From Coriobacteriia bacterium (GTDB taxonomy: Bacteria; Actinomycetota; Coriobacteriia; Coriobacteriales; Eggerthellaceae), in NCBI GenBank assembly GCA_030536315.1, contig JAUNQF010000004.1, positions 14,244-78,243 on the forward strand: a stretch of DNA of 64,000 nucleotides. Direction: 5' to 3'. Below the pieces are notes generated by a model that had not been told where the DNA came from, did not search any database, and saw only the letters and a list, made by a program, of their open reading frames with translations. The position numbers and the translations under genes are program-made. Positions 32,001-45,558 of the stretch are shown here, piece by piece (within the stretch, counting starts at the first letter, position 1; each line of letters opens with the position of its first letter).

Positions 32001-35000
32001 TGGTTTATAGAGTTTATGTTGAGAAAAAACCAGAATTCGCACATGAGGCAAAAGCCTTATTAAAAGATGCAAAAGAATTGTTAGGCGTCAAAGGATTGGA
32101 AGACGTCCGTATCTTCAATAGATACGATGCCGAAAATCTAAGTGAACCAGATTTCGAAAAAGCAATACTTAATGTCTTTAGCGAACCACAAGTTGACAAC
32201 GTTTATAGAACGGTTGACGAAGGCGACGCCGAAGTCTTCGGCATTGAGTTTTTGCCAGGACAGTTCGACCAACGTGCCGATAGCGCTGCTCAATGCATTC
32301 AGATTATGAGCCAGGGTGAGCGCCCTATTGTTAAAAGTGCGAAGGTTATTGCGCTTTATGGAAAACTTACAGAAGACGACCTCGCTAAAATTAAAAAGCA
32401 TATGATCAATCCGGTGGAGGCACGCGAAGCTTCGTTGGAATTGCCCGACACCTTGAAAATTGAATATGAAATACCTACCGAGGTTGAAATCTTGAATGGC
32501 TTTAACGAAAAGTCCGAAGAAGAACTCCAAAACTTTATTAAAGATAAAGGATTGGCGATGGACTTCGGAGACATTAAATTTGTGCAAGATTATTTTAAGA
32601 GCATTGATCGCGACCCAACAATTACTGAAATTAAAGTTATTGACACTTATTGGTCGGATCACTGCCGTCACACAACTTTTAACACAATTATAGATAGCAT
32701 AAAGTTCGAGGATGAACTTTTAGAAAAAACTTATAACGAATATTTAAAAACTCGCGAAGAGCTTGGCCGCACAAAACCAATCACCCTTATGGATATTGGA
32801 ACGATTGCAGCAAAGTATCTTCGTAAAAATGGAAAGTTAGACAAGCTAGATGAAAGCGAAGAGATCAACGCATGCACAGTTAAGATGGATGTTGAAGTTG
32901 ATGGTAAAGTCGAACCTTGGCTTTTGCTTTTCAAAAACGAAACTCACAACCACCCTACTGAAATTGAACCATTTGGTGGTGCCGCAACTTGCATTGGCGG
33001 GGCTATTCGCGACCCCCTTTCTGGAAGAAGTTATGTCTATGGCGCTATGAGATTAACTGGCGCTTCGGACCCAACAGTTCCAATAAGCGATACTCTGCCA
33101 GGCAAGTTGCCCCAAAGAACGATAGTTACAACAGCAGCCGATGGATATTCTTCTTACGGCAACCAGATTGGTTTAGCCACTGGAATCGTAGATGAATTGT
33201 ACCACCCAGGCTATGTCGCCAAAAGAATGGAAATCGGCGCTGTTGTTGCTGCAGCTCCGGCAAAAAATGTCCGACGCGAACGTCCAGCCGCTGGAGATGT
33301 TGTAATACTTCTTGGCGGAGCTACTGGCCGTGACGGAATTGGAGGCGCGACTGGGTCTTCGAAAGCTCACGACTCACATAGTGTTGAGACTTGCGGAGCC
33401 GAAGTCCAAAAAGGCAATGCTCCTGAAGAACGAAAGCTTCAAAGACTTTTCAGAAATGCTGAAGCTAGCAAACTTATTAAGCGATGCAATGACTTTGGCG
33501 CTGGCGGCGTTAGCGTTGCAATTGGCGAACTTGCCGATGGCCTTAACATCGACTTAAATAAGGTTCCTAAAAAATACGAAGGCCTTGACGGAACCGAGCT
33601 TGCAATCAGCGAATCTCAAGAGCGCATGGCCGTTGTTGTGGCTGCCGAAGACGAAAACCGTTTCTTGGAGCTTGCCAAAAGTGAAAACTTAAACGCTATT
33701 GCAGTTGCTACAGTAACTGAAGAACCTCAGCTTGTTCTCAATTGGAACGGTAAGAAAATTGTGGATATAAGCAGAGAGTTTTTGGACACCAATGGTGCTC
33801 CAAAACACATCGATATTGAAACTGAGAAAACCGTTAAGCCAAACAAAAAAGTTGAAGGTAGCTTCGTTGAGCTTTATAAAAATCTTGCCGATGATTTAAA
33901 TGTTTGTAGTAAACGAGGCTTGGCAGAACGCTTCGACTCTACCATCGGAGCCGGGACCGTGCTCATGCCTTTTGGTGGCAAGAAACAACTCACACCAATT
34001 CAAGCAATGGTTCAAAAAGTTTCTGTCGAGAAAAAACACACGGACAATTGCTCGGTTATGTCTTGGGGTTATAACCCTTACATTACCGAGGCGAGCCCTT
34101 ATCATGGCGCGTACTTAGCAGTTGTTGAATCAGTTTGCAAATTAATTGCAACAGGCGCGAAGTTCGAAGATGTGTACTTGAGCTTCCAGGAATATTTTGA
34201 GAGGCTTGACCGTGAATCAAACCGTTGAGGCAAACCTCTTTCAGCTTTGCTTGGCGCATATAAAGCTCAAGTTGAATTAGAGGTTGCTGCAATTGGCGGA
34301 AAAGATAGCATGAGCGGGTCTTTCGAAGACATTCACGTTCCCCCGACGCTTGTGTCCTTCGCTGTCACAACTGACAAAGTTAAAAACATTGTAAGTCCGG
34401 AATTCAAAACAGCGGGCAATAAAGTTGTTGTTCTAAAACCCGAATATGACGAAAACGGTCTTCCAAAAATTGATAGCTTAAAGAAAAATTTCGAAACCGT
34501 CACAAAACTTATGCGCGAAGGCAAAGTTGTTTCTTGTTGGACTCCAGGCTTCGGAGGAATCGCCGAAGCAATCTTAAAGATGTCTCTTGGAAATGATTTT
34601 GGATTTTCTTTTGATGAAAATCTTTCAACGGATGAGCTTTTCGATTATTCCTACGGATCATTTGTTATGGAAACAACGGCAGATATCAAAGACGCAAAAC
34701 TTGTTGGAACAATTACAGATGATAAAACTTTCAATCTTGGAAAAGATGCAATTAAAACTTCGGAGCTTTTTGAAATTTACGAAAACAAACTCGAAGACAT
34801 TTATTCGTGCAACATTAAACACAGCAAAAATAATATCGAAGATTTCACATATGAAGCGAAGGAATGGCCAAAGCCTGCAATTAAAGTTGCGAAGCCACGC
34901 GTTTTAATTCCTGCCTTCCCTGGAACTAATTGCGAATACGACACCGCAAAAGCTATGGAAGATGCAGGTTGCGAAGCTAAAATTTTCATCGTAAATAATT

Positions 35001-35689
35001 TGAATCAAGACTCGCTAAAAAAGAGCATCGAAGATTTTGCCGCTGAAACAAATAAATCGCAAATCATTTTTATTCCTGGCGGATTCTCTGGCGGCGATGA
35101 ACCTGACGGAAGCGCGAAGTTCATCACTTCGTTTTTCAGAAACGCCGAAGTTAAAGACGCCGTGACTGAATTGCTAGATGCTCGCGAAGGTCTTATGGCT
35201 GGAGTTTGCAACGGCTTTCAAGCACTAATTAAACTTGGTCTTGTTCCTTACGGAAAAATTGTTGAGCCAAGCGAAGACGCGCCAACGCTCACCTACAACG
35301 AAATTCACAGGCATCAGTCTCGTGTAGTTCACACGCGAATTGCTTCGAATAAATCTCCTTGGCTTGCCAACCTTAATGCCGGAGACATTATTAACGTAGT
35401 AGTTTCAAACGGCGAAGGCCGCTTCATCGCAAACGAAAAAGATATTCAGGAACTTGCAAAGAATGGTCAAATTGCAACTCAATATGTTGATCTAAATGGC
35501 AAGGCAACTGCCGATATTCACTTCAACCTAAACAATTCGATGTGCGCTATTGAAGGAATTACAAGTCCGGATGGCCGCGTCTTCGGCAAGATGGGCCACG
35601 CAGAACGCTACGCTCCTGGACTTTACAAAAACGTTCCAGGAAACTTCGACTATAAAATGTTCGAAGCCGCTGTGAAGTATTTCAACTAG
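32000..35689 (+). CDS. purL: Single-chain FGAM synthase (large PurL, about 1229 aa)
   Basis: ORFs 32000..34228 and 34247..35689 are in frame, joined by TGA at 34226 (RESNR-W-GKPLSALLGAYKAQ). The C-terminal glutaminase domain has GVCNGFQALI. Confidence 0.9.
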
Positions 35690-35761
35690 TAAGTTTTAGA
35701 CATCTGGTATCCGTGGCATCGCACGTGCTCAAAACGCTTCTAAAATAACAAACCTAAAATT

Positions 35762-38700
35762 TTAGTAATGCGCATAATCTCCATTATCCGAAGATTTACA
35801 CGAGTTATATTTAGCTAAAATTTTTTCTTCAAAGTCGTAAACATTTCTTAGCTCTGGCCCCTGATTAGATTTTATGGTTGGCTTTTTCTTTCTACGAACA
35901 ACAAAGAAAATAACTAAACCTAGAACAACACAGATGCATAAAACAAGAATCAAAATTCAGACCCAGTTATTATTTGCAGGAGTATTGCTAGCCTTATCTA
36001 TTTCATTTAAAGTTGAAAGACCGGTTTCGTAAATTTCTTCCGCATTTCCGGTAATTTTAATTTCAGAATTTCTCTTTAGTGTATCTTTAATCTCTTTTAA
36101 CTTTACTTTTGTAGCATCTCGAGTATTTTCATTATTGATGTCATTCTTAACAGCATCAACATTGACTCATGTATTAATTATTTCAGATTCTAAAGCTCGT
36201 TCTTCTTCGCTTTTCCCAGTATTTACTCTTAAAACAAAAGATTTAGTATCTTGATAATCGTTTTTATTCTGAAGCTTAACTTCATATAATGTGTCACTAT
36301 AATCATATCCTACAGCTTCAACAGATTCAATTCCATATTTAGTATCTTCTTTAAAGTTTAAATTAAACTGTTCCTTTTTAAGACCATGTTTTAAAAACGA
36401 AACAGAAGCGCCATGCTTAGTTTCAGCACCTTTAATAAAATTTAATACATCCAAATTTTTAGTTTTAACTTTATTTTCTTTGTCCTTTACAAAAAGTGAA
36501 ATTCTATTATCTGAATTTGTACAATTTCTCATCAGGCAACATGACAAAGGATCCTGGAAATAATTATCTGATAAATAGTAAACCCAACCTGAACGGGCAC
36601 CCTCATTCCCATTCTTATCAATTGGCGCAACAGAAAACTGATAAATTGGAAGGTCATCAATATCCATCTCCTGTGCTAAGTTCAAAATTGTTTCCTTTGC
36701 TTTTGATGGATAGAAGACAAATTCATTTGCAGTAACAGGCTCACCAACAGGCAAAATTACTCCGTTAATTGAAGTATATACTTGATATTTTACATTCTCA
36801 GCTCCATCAGGCACTTCCCATTTTATCTTGAAAGCTTTATCGTTGTTTGTGTCAGCATAAGCTTTATCAACAATTCATCCAGTTGCCGTATCTTGTTGTT
36901 GAATATCCTTACTTTCTTTAGGTGCCACCCCATTAGTATCTTGTTGAGAATTATTAACATCCGATTGGGTGTCGGTAGGGTTATTCGCAATCTCATTGGT
37001 AACTGTTAAATTGTAACAAGCCATAGTGAGTGGTTGTATAACATTGTACGTTATGTATCCAATAACCGGAGCAAATCTATCTTTTTCATCTGGATTATTT
37101 TTTACTAATGGAATATTAGAATCCCATATTGCATCACCTCATTGATAATTGTATTTGCCATCATATTCCTCATCAATTTTTCCCACATTTCAATATAGGT
37201 TTAAATCCTTAGCATTAGTAGTAGCATCTGTATTATTGTGCAAGCCTGTTATATCTCCATTAAGCGCAAATCTTAACGAACTTTTCTTTTCTTCTGTAGG
37301 CGAAGAGCCAACTGTAAAACCAGCTTTAAAATTAACCCCATGACTAAACCTCTCGGCATCAGTTTCCGAATGGCTAATCTCAGCATTTCTCTTCTTTTTC
37401 TCATCCCCGTATCCAACGGTTTCTAAATCTGCATAAAATCTTTTAAATCCACTAAGATTATTATTGCTAGCGATATCAGCATTTGTGTTTCCTTCGCCAT
37501 TTGGATACATCGCGGGAGAGCCCAAGTTGTCAGAAAGAAAATTTCCATCTAGCTTGGTAAGTAAGTAAGATGCGTCAACATTAGGATCTTTTTTCTTAAG
37601 ATCCGAGTTAAATTCATCAACTAACTTATTGTATTTTGAAATTGAATAAGTATCAATTATTGGAGCGTGTTCAACCCCAATCATTCCTCCATATGGATCT
37701 CATGCACCACTTTCAACATTGTATGTATCGTAATAATATTCCGCTAAAGGAATAAACGAAACCACGACATCATTTTCGCATCCGGTTGAATATGTAGTTG
37801 TTAATTTTACTGTGTCTGTAGTAGTAAAGGACTCTGCCCAATCCATTGAAAGACCAGCAGTTATATTTCATGAATAATATGATCCTGTCTTAAAAGCACC
37901 TAAAGAAAAACCAGAAGATACAGTTGTCCCCGAAGTGTTAGAAATTGCAACACTTTTTCCAAAGGAAATTTCTGTTAAAGGCTTCTCCTGAGCTGAAGAA
38001 TTAACGAGTTTGTCGAAATAAGGGCCAGCCTGTAAAACAACCTCAACAGAAGGATCTGAATAATCATAATCACATTCATTGTATTTTGCTAAAAGACCGT
38101 CTTGATCATTATCGACAGCGCACATTGTCAGTGCCAAAGCTTTACCAGGTCTTGCGTTTTTGTCTTCTCATTCATAAGAATCTTGTTTGGATCTTTCAGT
38201 GCAATAAAACGCATTATTTAAGTCTGAAATTAGTCCGCTTTCAGGATCATGTGAACTATATTTTGTGCCAATAATAACTGTTGATAAAGACACATCATGA
38301 TTATGACTTGCATTCTGCTTACGTTCAATTGTGTATACTATCTGCTCAAAACCTTTATCATTTCCATCAAAATTCCCAACTGCTGTACCACTTCTAACAA
38401 TATAGTTCCTATGCACAAGATCAGCACCAACATACTGATCGTTATCATTTAAGCGACTGTTGTCAAATAACAATATAGGATAAGTATCACTATCATTTCA
38501 TTGATAAATGTCTCCGTCCATGCAGAAATAAACAGTATTGCCTTTCCCGTTCATATGAATGGCTTCCAATGGAGGTGGATTTTGAATGTTGTAGTCAGCT
38601 TCAATTTGATTTTGTCGTAAGACGTTGGTGGCGCCAACTGTATTTGCATAATATTCAGTATTGTTTAACTTATCTACCGTAGAATTAGATTTATTAAAGG

Positions 38701-40018
38701 AATATTTATATGCACCATAAAAGTATCTTGAGTAGTCATCATGAAATTCATTCCTGCTAGTGAGATTTTTAGAAGTTGCATCATATTTGCATTGAAGCTT
38801 AAATCCAAGAAGAACAATACTGTTAGATACTTTAGGCGAATCACATGTTAAGCCATCATCAGTTTTAGCAACAACAACAGTTGGTCTTTTAACAGAAAGA
38901 CAAACATTGTCAGAGTCTGAATCATAAACATACTTACTTTCAACATTGTTTTTGTTAAAAATATTATACGAATCAGTGTTGCCATTCGTATCAGCACCAT
39001 AACTAACAGACATATATGGGATAAAAGCTTTATAGTTATAGCCAGAGCTCGAATCAGGAATATCGCAAGAAGAAATAACGACCAAATCATCGACGGTATC
39101 AGCATTTACATCTCCTACAGCTAAACTGGCAAATATACAACCTTTACCAGTCTCCTTTTTGCTTCCAATACCATCATAAATAGATTTGCTGTTCTTCGTA
39201 TATTCAGGATTTAATAATGGGTGCGACATGTCCTCTATATTTTTTTCACTTATTGATATATTTCCAAATGCATTAGTTACCTGTAACTCTTGAAGATGAA
39301 AATCCTCGTAAGCACCATAAAACGTCACAAGTGTGTCTTTATGATCTTTATCAAAATCTCCTGCTACAATAGATAAATACGGCTCAGCCTCACAAAAATC
39401 AGTTACCGGATTATCTCCATTATTAACCCATGTCATTTTGCCAATCTCAATAGGGTTAGATCAAGTTTTACTTGTAGCATCCATAGCAATAACAACAACA
39501 CTTTTATTATATGTATTTCCATTATATGTACCTTCAAGAACAAAACCAATTACTGCAACATGATCATGCCTTCCTGTACCGTTAGGGTCAAAAGATACAG
39601 CATGGGTATAATCCATATGTAAAACAATGTCGGGAACACTAACTTTCTTTTCCTCAGATCCTGAATTTTTAAAGCTATCAGTTATTTTAGTATTAGTATT
39701 ACTTTCGGTAGAATTTAAAGTGTCATAAATAGAAGTATACGAAGCCTCACCAGCATTTTTTTGCTTTAATAAAAACAATTCGTCATTCTCAAGCATTGTA
39801 AAAGGCGTGCCAACACCAAAGCCATACGGATCATTATCCTTGTTGCTTGTATACCACGACGGTTTATTTTTCTCTTTAAAACTTTCATAAGTGTAAGTTT
39901 CGTCATTTTCAGCAGCAAAAGCTTTTTTTATTGGCGTAAACGAAACCACCATTAAAACAGAAACAATAACAGCAAGACATTTTTTAAATATGTCAGATTT
40001 ATATGTTGATTTATTCAT
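35762..40018 (-). CDS. 1418-aa type-I membrane-anchored surface protein with FG-GAP/integrin-alpha-like repeats
   Basis: Seven track ORFs plus four gaps form one frame, interrupted only by TGA at 39461, 38498, 38168, 37868, 37700, 37190, 37139, 36875, 36167 and 35957. All gaps were hand-translated with no TAA or TAG. AAAGGAG RBS. Signal peptide ...FTPIKKAFA-AEND. Repeats AGDFDKDHKDTLV, AVGDVNADTVDDLVV, AVGNFDGNDKGF and AVDNDQDGLL. FN3-like KAFKIKWEVPDGAENVKYQVY. C-terminal TM helix ILILVLCICVVLGLVIFFVV-RRKKK. Stop is TAA. Confidence 0.8.
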
Positions 40019-40087
40019 GATAGCTCCTTTCAAAGCCTTATAGAAATTATACACCTTTTTTATGTTTGAAAAGAGCCTTAAAAAAAA

Positions 40088-41188
40088 TTAGTATTCGATT
40101 TGGCGGTAGTAACGACGCATGTTTAATGGATGCTCAAGGAATAATTCCATATAAGCATCTACCCTGTTGTTAACTGCACGCAAAATATGATGACTTATGC
40201 TACCGCGATATTTCTCGTCGATGCCAGGCATATCGTAATCCTTCGTGTCTATTACAAAATGATTGTCATTAACCTTATCCAAGAATTTAACAACACGCTC
40301 AGATAAAACTCTCTGTTCGTCTTCGCCGACAAAAACTGTGACTGGAGTGTCTTCGTCAATAACTTCTAGCATGCCGTGAAAGAATTCTGGAGCCGTGATT
40401 GACTTCGTTCGAATTCACATTTGCTCTTCTCAATAACACATCGCATACGAATAAGTTGCTCCGTAATGATTCCCTGCACCTACAAAATATCTTGGATATG
40501 CAGGGTTTTTCTTAATACGCTCAACTTCGGACTTAGCAAAATTGAAGCCAAGTTCATCCGCAGCTTCTTCGACGTTTGCAAGGCCTTCGGCAAGCGATGC
40601 TTCCATTTGTTTGTTATACTCATCGTAATCTGGAAAATCGCCGTTTTTAAACATTAGATAATTACCAACCATATAAAACTTAAGCTGCTCATTTTCAGGA
40701 TAGCAAATTAAATAATCTTGATATTCGGGCTTTGTAAGTTCTGTGTCTGGAGTGTCTACAAAAGCAAAAATGCGAGTGCCTTGAGCTTTTACTGCCTTAC
40801 AAAATTCAATCATCTCAGCTGTTGTTCCGGAAACCGTTGAATAAATAACCAGAGATTTATCCGTCAGCTTTTTGTTGCCCGTGGTCAAATACTCTGCAGC
40901 ATTTTCAACGTAAACAGGAACATTAGATTTCCCACGCATATAAACTTCCAACTGCATAGAACTTGCTCAAGTGCCTCCAATTCCAACAAAGAAAATGTTA
41001 TCGAAACCAGCCTCCCAAACTTCGTCGATAATTTTTTCAATCTGCGGACGAAGCGCCAGTGCACCATTTATGCTATCAATCTTTTTTTGCCTATCAAAAT
41101 TACGAAGCGAAGGGCTCTCCTTCGACTCTGCCTTTAGAGCTTCGATTTTTTGTTTTGATTCTTCTGAACTTGGATGATTCTTATCCAT
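40088..41188 (-). CDS. SIS-domain sugar-amine isomerase/deglycase (FrlB-like)
   Basis: Three in-frame ORFs joined by TGA at 40967, 40430 and 40415. Contains FFVGIGGT-W-ASS and ...APEFFHGMLEV. AAGGAGG RBS. Confidence 0.7.
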
Positions 41189-41197
41189 AACTCCTCC

Positions 41198-41992
41198 TTA
41201 TCATGCCCCAAAATATTGGATGGTTTCTGTGGCGGTTAAAGCGCCAATTTTCATAGCTTCTTCAATTAGGGCGCCTTCGCCAATTGCAGACAAAAAGCCT
41301 GCTATATAGCTATCTCCAGCACCCATTGTATCAACAACATTGTCACATTTAACAATGCCAAATTCGTGAAATTCCTTGCCGTCGAAGCAAAGACTACCAT
41401 TCTCTCCACGCATAGCAATAACAAGTTGAGGGCCTTTACTATGCAAGTCTTTCATTTGCGACTTTAATTCTTCAGTGGAATTATCATCATTAGAGAAAAA
41501 TAAATAGTCTGTATGAGGAATTGCAACTTTGCAAGCATCGTCACCTGGATCAGTCGCGCAATCAAAAGCAGTTTTAATTCCCCTGTTATGCAAGGTTTCA
41601 ATTTGATCTTCAACTTTTCCTCATAGATCGCAAACTACAACATCGTGCTGGCAAATAAAATCAATGTCATCATCGCTCAAGCGATAATTAGCCAAAACGC
41701 CTTCGTCGTAATCACCGAGGATGCGCTCGCCGTTGTCAAGCTTAACTTGAGTGACGGCAGTCTTTCCTGGCATAACATGCAAGTGCGAAATATCTACACC
41801 TCGCTCGGCAATTGATGCTTTCATTAAATCGCCGAACTTATCGTTACCGACATGGCCAATATAAGAACTTTCATGACCAAGGCGCTCAACATATACAGCC
41901 ATGTTTACGGGACCACCACCAGGATAGGCACGACCACCTTCGATATCTGCATAATAATCTATGCAATTACTGCCAATTGCTGCAAGCTTCAT
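41198..41992 (-). CDS. PfkB-family sugar(amine) kinase (FrlD-like)
   Basis: ORFs joined by TGA at 41621. Contains VDTMGAGDSYIAGF. Ends ...YFGA-W then TAA at 41198. The ATG overlaps the upstream TAA (TAATG). Confidence 0.7.
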
Positions 41993-43407
41993 TATTTAGA
42001 CACTTTCTTCTTTGGGTTGTTCTTCCTATCCCAGAAATAAAACGCTGGAAGTCCAGTTCCTACAGTAACTGCCGAAGCTATAATACCAGCAACAGGTGCT
42101 CATGCAAATGTCGAAATAATCAAAGTAAGTGTCATAACCATTGCAATTACAGGCATTGTGTAGCCTAAAGGCGCCCTATACGAAGGATCGTATTCGCTCT
42201 TCGGCTTTCTTCGAAGAACAAAAATTGTTCCAAAAGTTCCAAAATTTCGAAGCAATGCAACAATTGTAAAATAACCCAAAATATCATTTAAATTGCTTGC
42301 AAAAATCAAGAAAATCGAAAGCGCACTGTGCATCATAATTGCAACATATGGAGTTTTGAAGCTCTTGTGAACCTTTCCAAAAATCTTGAAGAACAAGCCA
42401 TCCTTTGCCATTGCGTATTCAATACGAGGTTGACACATAATGCAGCTTGAAACTGAGCCCAAGATAACAAGAATGATCATAACAGCAACAATGTTTTCTG
42501 CATAAGGTCCGATAACTGGCAACTTACCAGCTAAAAGAGCAATTGGAGCAGTGCTTTCGGCAAGCTCGTCGATTGAAAGCAAGCCGGTTGAAACTGTTGT
42601 AAGAACAGCATATAAAGACAAAACAATAATTGCGGTAATAATTAAAGCCCTGGGGATTGTCTTCTTCGGGTTTTTAATTTCGCCCGACATATAACAAGCA
42701 GCCGCCATGCCATCGTAACTTCAAGTGGTTGCCGAAACTCCAGCAAGCAACGCAACAATTCCAAGGTTACCAGTTGCAACAGCACTATCAAGAGGCTGAG
42801 GCGACAAGAATAATTCTTGATTAATGTAAAATGCGCCAAATCCTACAATGAATAAAAATGGAAGGATCTTAACAGCGGTCAAAATTGTGTTAATGATACC
42901 GCCACCCTTAACGCTGCGAAGATGAATGCACATAAATGTAACATCAATAGCGGCAGCAAGAAATCTTTGACCTAAATCTGGAAGCGGGCAAAATACCAGT
43001 ACATGGTTAACAATTGCAAGTTCCATTACAGCTACCGAAGGCGGGTCAATCGCCCAGTAACTCATCCATCCGCACAAAAAGGCCAATGGACGTGAGCCTG
43101 CTTCGCGGAAATAAATGTAGTGAGCACCATCTTCTGGATAAGCACTTGCAAGCTCGGCATAACACAGGTTTGACGGAATTTGTAAAAGACCGCCAATTAC
43201 AAATGCCAAAACCAAAAATAATGCACTGCCAGATGCCAGCGCCACTTCTTGAAGCGAAGAAAAAATACCGGACCCAACCGTTGCTCCAATACCCAGAGCA
43301 ACAACAGGTATCAAGGTTAGCCTTCGTCCTAATTCTGGATTTTGAGCAGCAGCCTGCTTCCCCATCTCCTTAGCTTGTTCTTTAGAAATCTTCTTTTTCT
43401 GAGACAT
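41992..43407 (-). CDS. APC-family amino-acid/fructosamine permease (FrlA-like)
   Basis: One frame with TGA at 42721 and 42100. About 12 hydrophobic segments. GGAGGG RBS before MSQKKK. Confidence 0.7.
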
Positions 43408-43485
43408 GAACCCTCCTTGTGGTTTAATCAACCCTAATATCTTAACACAAAAATGTGTCTCTGAGGCCAGACATCAAAACACCTT

Positions 43486-44988
43486 TTATTTGGAAATGTT
43501 TTTATTCTTTTGGATTACGTCGTGTGCTCCGCCTTCGCGAATGCTAGTTGAAGAAACAAGAGTAATAACAGCATTCTTCTGAAGTTGCGGAATAGTAAGC
43601 GAACCACAATTACACATGGTTGACTTAACCTTGGCAAGCGAAGCACGAACATTATCCTGCAAAGCACCAGCATATGGAACATAAGAATCAACGCCTTCCT
43701 CAAAAGACAGACCCTTTTTGCCACCCATGTCATAACGTTGCCAATTTCTGGCACGAGCCGAGCCTTCGCCCCAATACTCTTTGTAATATGTTCCTCCAAT
43801 GTTAACACGCTCGGAAGGACTCTCGTCAAACCTGGCGAAGTAACGTCCCAACATGACGAAGTCCGCGCCCATTGCAAGAGCAAGTGTAATATGATGATCA
43901 TAAACAATACCGCCATCAGAACAGATAGGAACATAAATGCCAGTCTTTTTAAAATATTTATCGCGTTCTTTAGCAACTTCAATCAATGACGTTGCCTGAC
44001 CACGTCCAATACCTTTTGTCTCGCGCGTGATACAAATAGATCCGCCACCAATGCCAACCTTTACAAAATCGGCGCCACATTTAACAAGAAAACGGAAACC
44101 TTCGGCACTTACTACATTACCAGCACCAATCTTAACTTTATTCTTGTATTTTTTACGAGTCCATTCGATTGTTTTCTTTTGCCAGTCAGAATACCCTTCA
44201 GAAGAATCTATACATAAAATATCAACCCCAGCATCAACCAAAGCTGGAATTCTCTCTTCGTAATCTCTGGAATTAATGCCGGCACCAACAATATAACGCT
44301 TTGTGTCATCTAAAAGCTCATCAGGATGTTCCTTGTGGCTTTCATAATCCTTACGAAAAACCATGCCAACCAAACGTCCCTTTTTATCAAGAATTGGGAG
44401 CGAATTAAGTTTATGATCTCAAATAATATCGTTGCATTCAGAAAGAGTTGCACCTTCATTAGCATAAATAAGCTTAGATTTTGGAGTCATAAATTCCTTA
44501 ACCTTTAAGCTGGGCTTCATTCTGCTGATTCTATAATCTCGACCCGTAACAATTCCAAGCAACTTTCCTGCCGAAGTCCCATCTTCTGTAACTGCAACTG
44601 TAGAATGACCAGTTTTTTCTTTTAGTTCTAAAACATCGGCAAGTGTATCTTCGGGCTTTAAGTTCGAATCGCTATCAACAAAACCTGCTTTAACACGTTT
44701 TGCACGATAAACCATCTCGGCCTGCTTTTCAATAGGCTGAGAACCATAAATAAAGGAAACACCACCCTCTTTAGCAAGGGCAACAGCCAATTTGTCACCA
44801 GAAACAGCCTGCATAACAGCAGATACCATTGGGATATTCATTGACAAGGCAGGTTTAGTACCCTTCTTATATTTAACAAGAGGGGTTTTTAAGCTCACTC
44901 TATCCGGTGTACACTTTTCGCTAGTATGACGTGGAATTAAAAGATACTCGTCAAAAGTATGAGACGTGCCGTCAACAAATTTGGCCAT
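43486..44988 (-). CDS. guaB: IMP dehydrogenase
   Basis: FDEYLLIP, a CBS pair, and the catalytic loop [13 protein letters not shown]. ORFs joined by TGA at 44419. The second ATG follows AAGGAGG. Confidence 0.85.
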
Positions 44989-45058
44989 TATTTCCTCCTT
45001 CATTTCAGCTAATAATTAGCCGCTAGTCTACCACAATAAACCAGCATTAAACCAAAAA

Positions 45059-45535
45059 TTACTTATGAACTCCACATTCAGAGCAGTAGTAGTAATCTGT
45101 GTAGGGCTGTTCTTCGTAAATCGGTTCATAGTGCCCATATTCTTCGCCGTTATTTACTCCGTCAACAACGAATTTTGAACCAACCTCAACCAAATGCGTA
45201 GTTCGATGTGCCTCTCAAACATGAGTATGAGGCTCATTTCCGTTTGCATCGCGAACTACATAAGCAACATATTCACCCTTTTCATTTAGCTGAAGAACAA
45301 CAATATTACCTTCGCGATCTTCAATTTCTTCACCTAAAACAATTTCGCCTGAACGTTTAATTTCGTCCATCTCATCAGCAGTTATATAACCTTTAAGTGC
45401 ATATTGACAGGCCAAAGCTGTTGCTCGATACTTAAAATAGTAAACACAATAGAGTAAAATGCCAATTACAATCACAAAAATTAGAATTGCCGTTAGCGCA
45501 TAGAGTCATTTATGTTTTTGAAATACACTCTTCAT
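45059..45535 (-). CDS. Hypothetical membrane-anchored protein (158 aa)
   Basis: GGAGG RBS. MKSVFQKHK-W-LYALTAILIFVIVIGILLY (TM helix). TGA at 45506 and 45215. TAA at 45059. No family recognised. Confidence 0.55.
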
Positions 45536-45558
45536 TGTTCCTCCATTATAACAAATTC

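Noticed and set aside
43453-43474. A rho-independent terminator after guaB.
   Set aside because: Only a stem of about 5 bp can be drawn, which is too weak to report.
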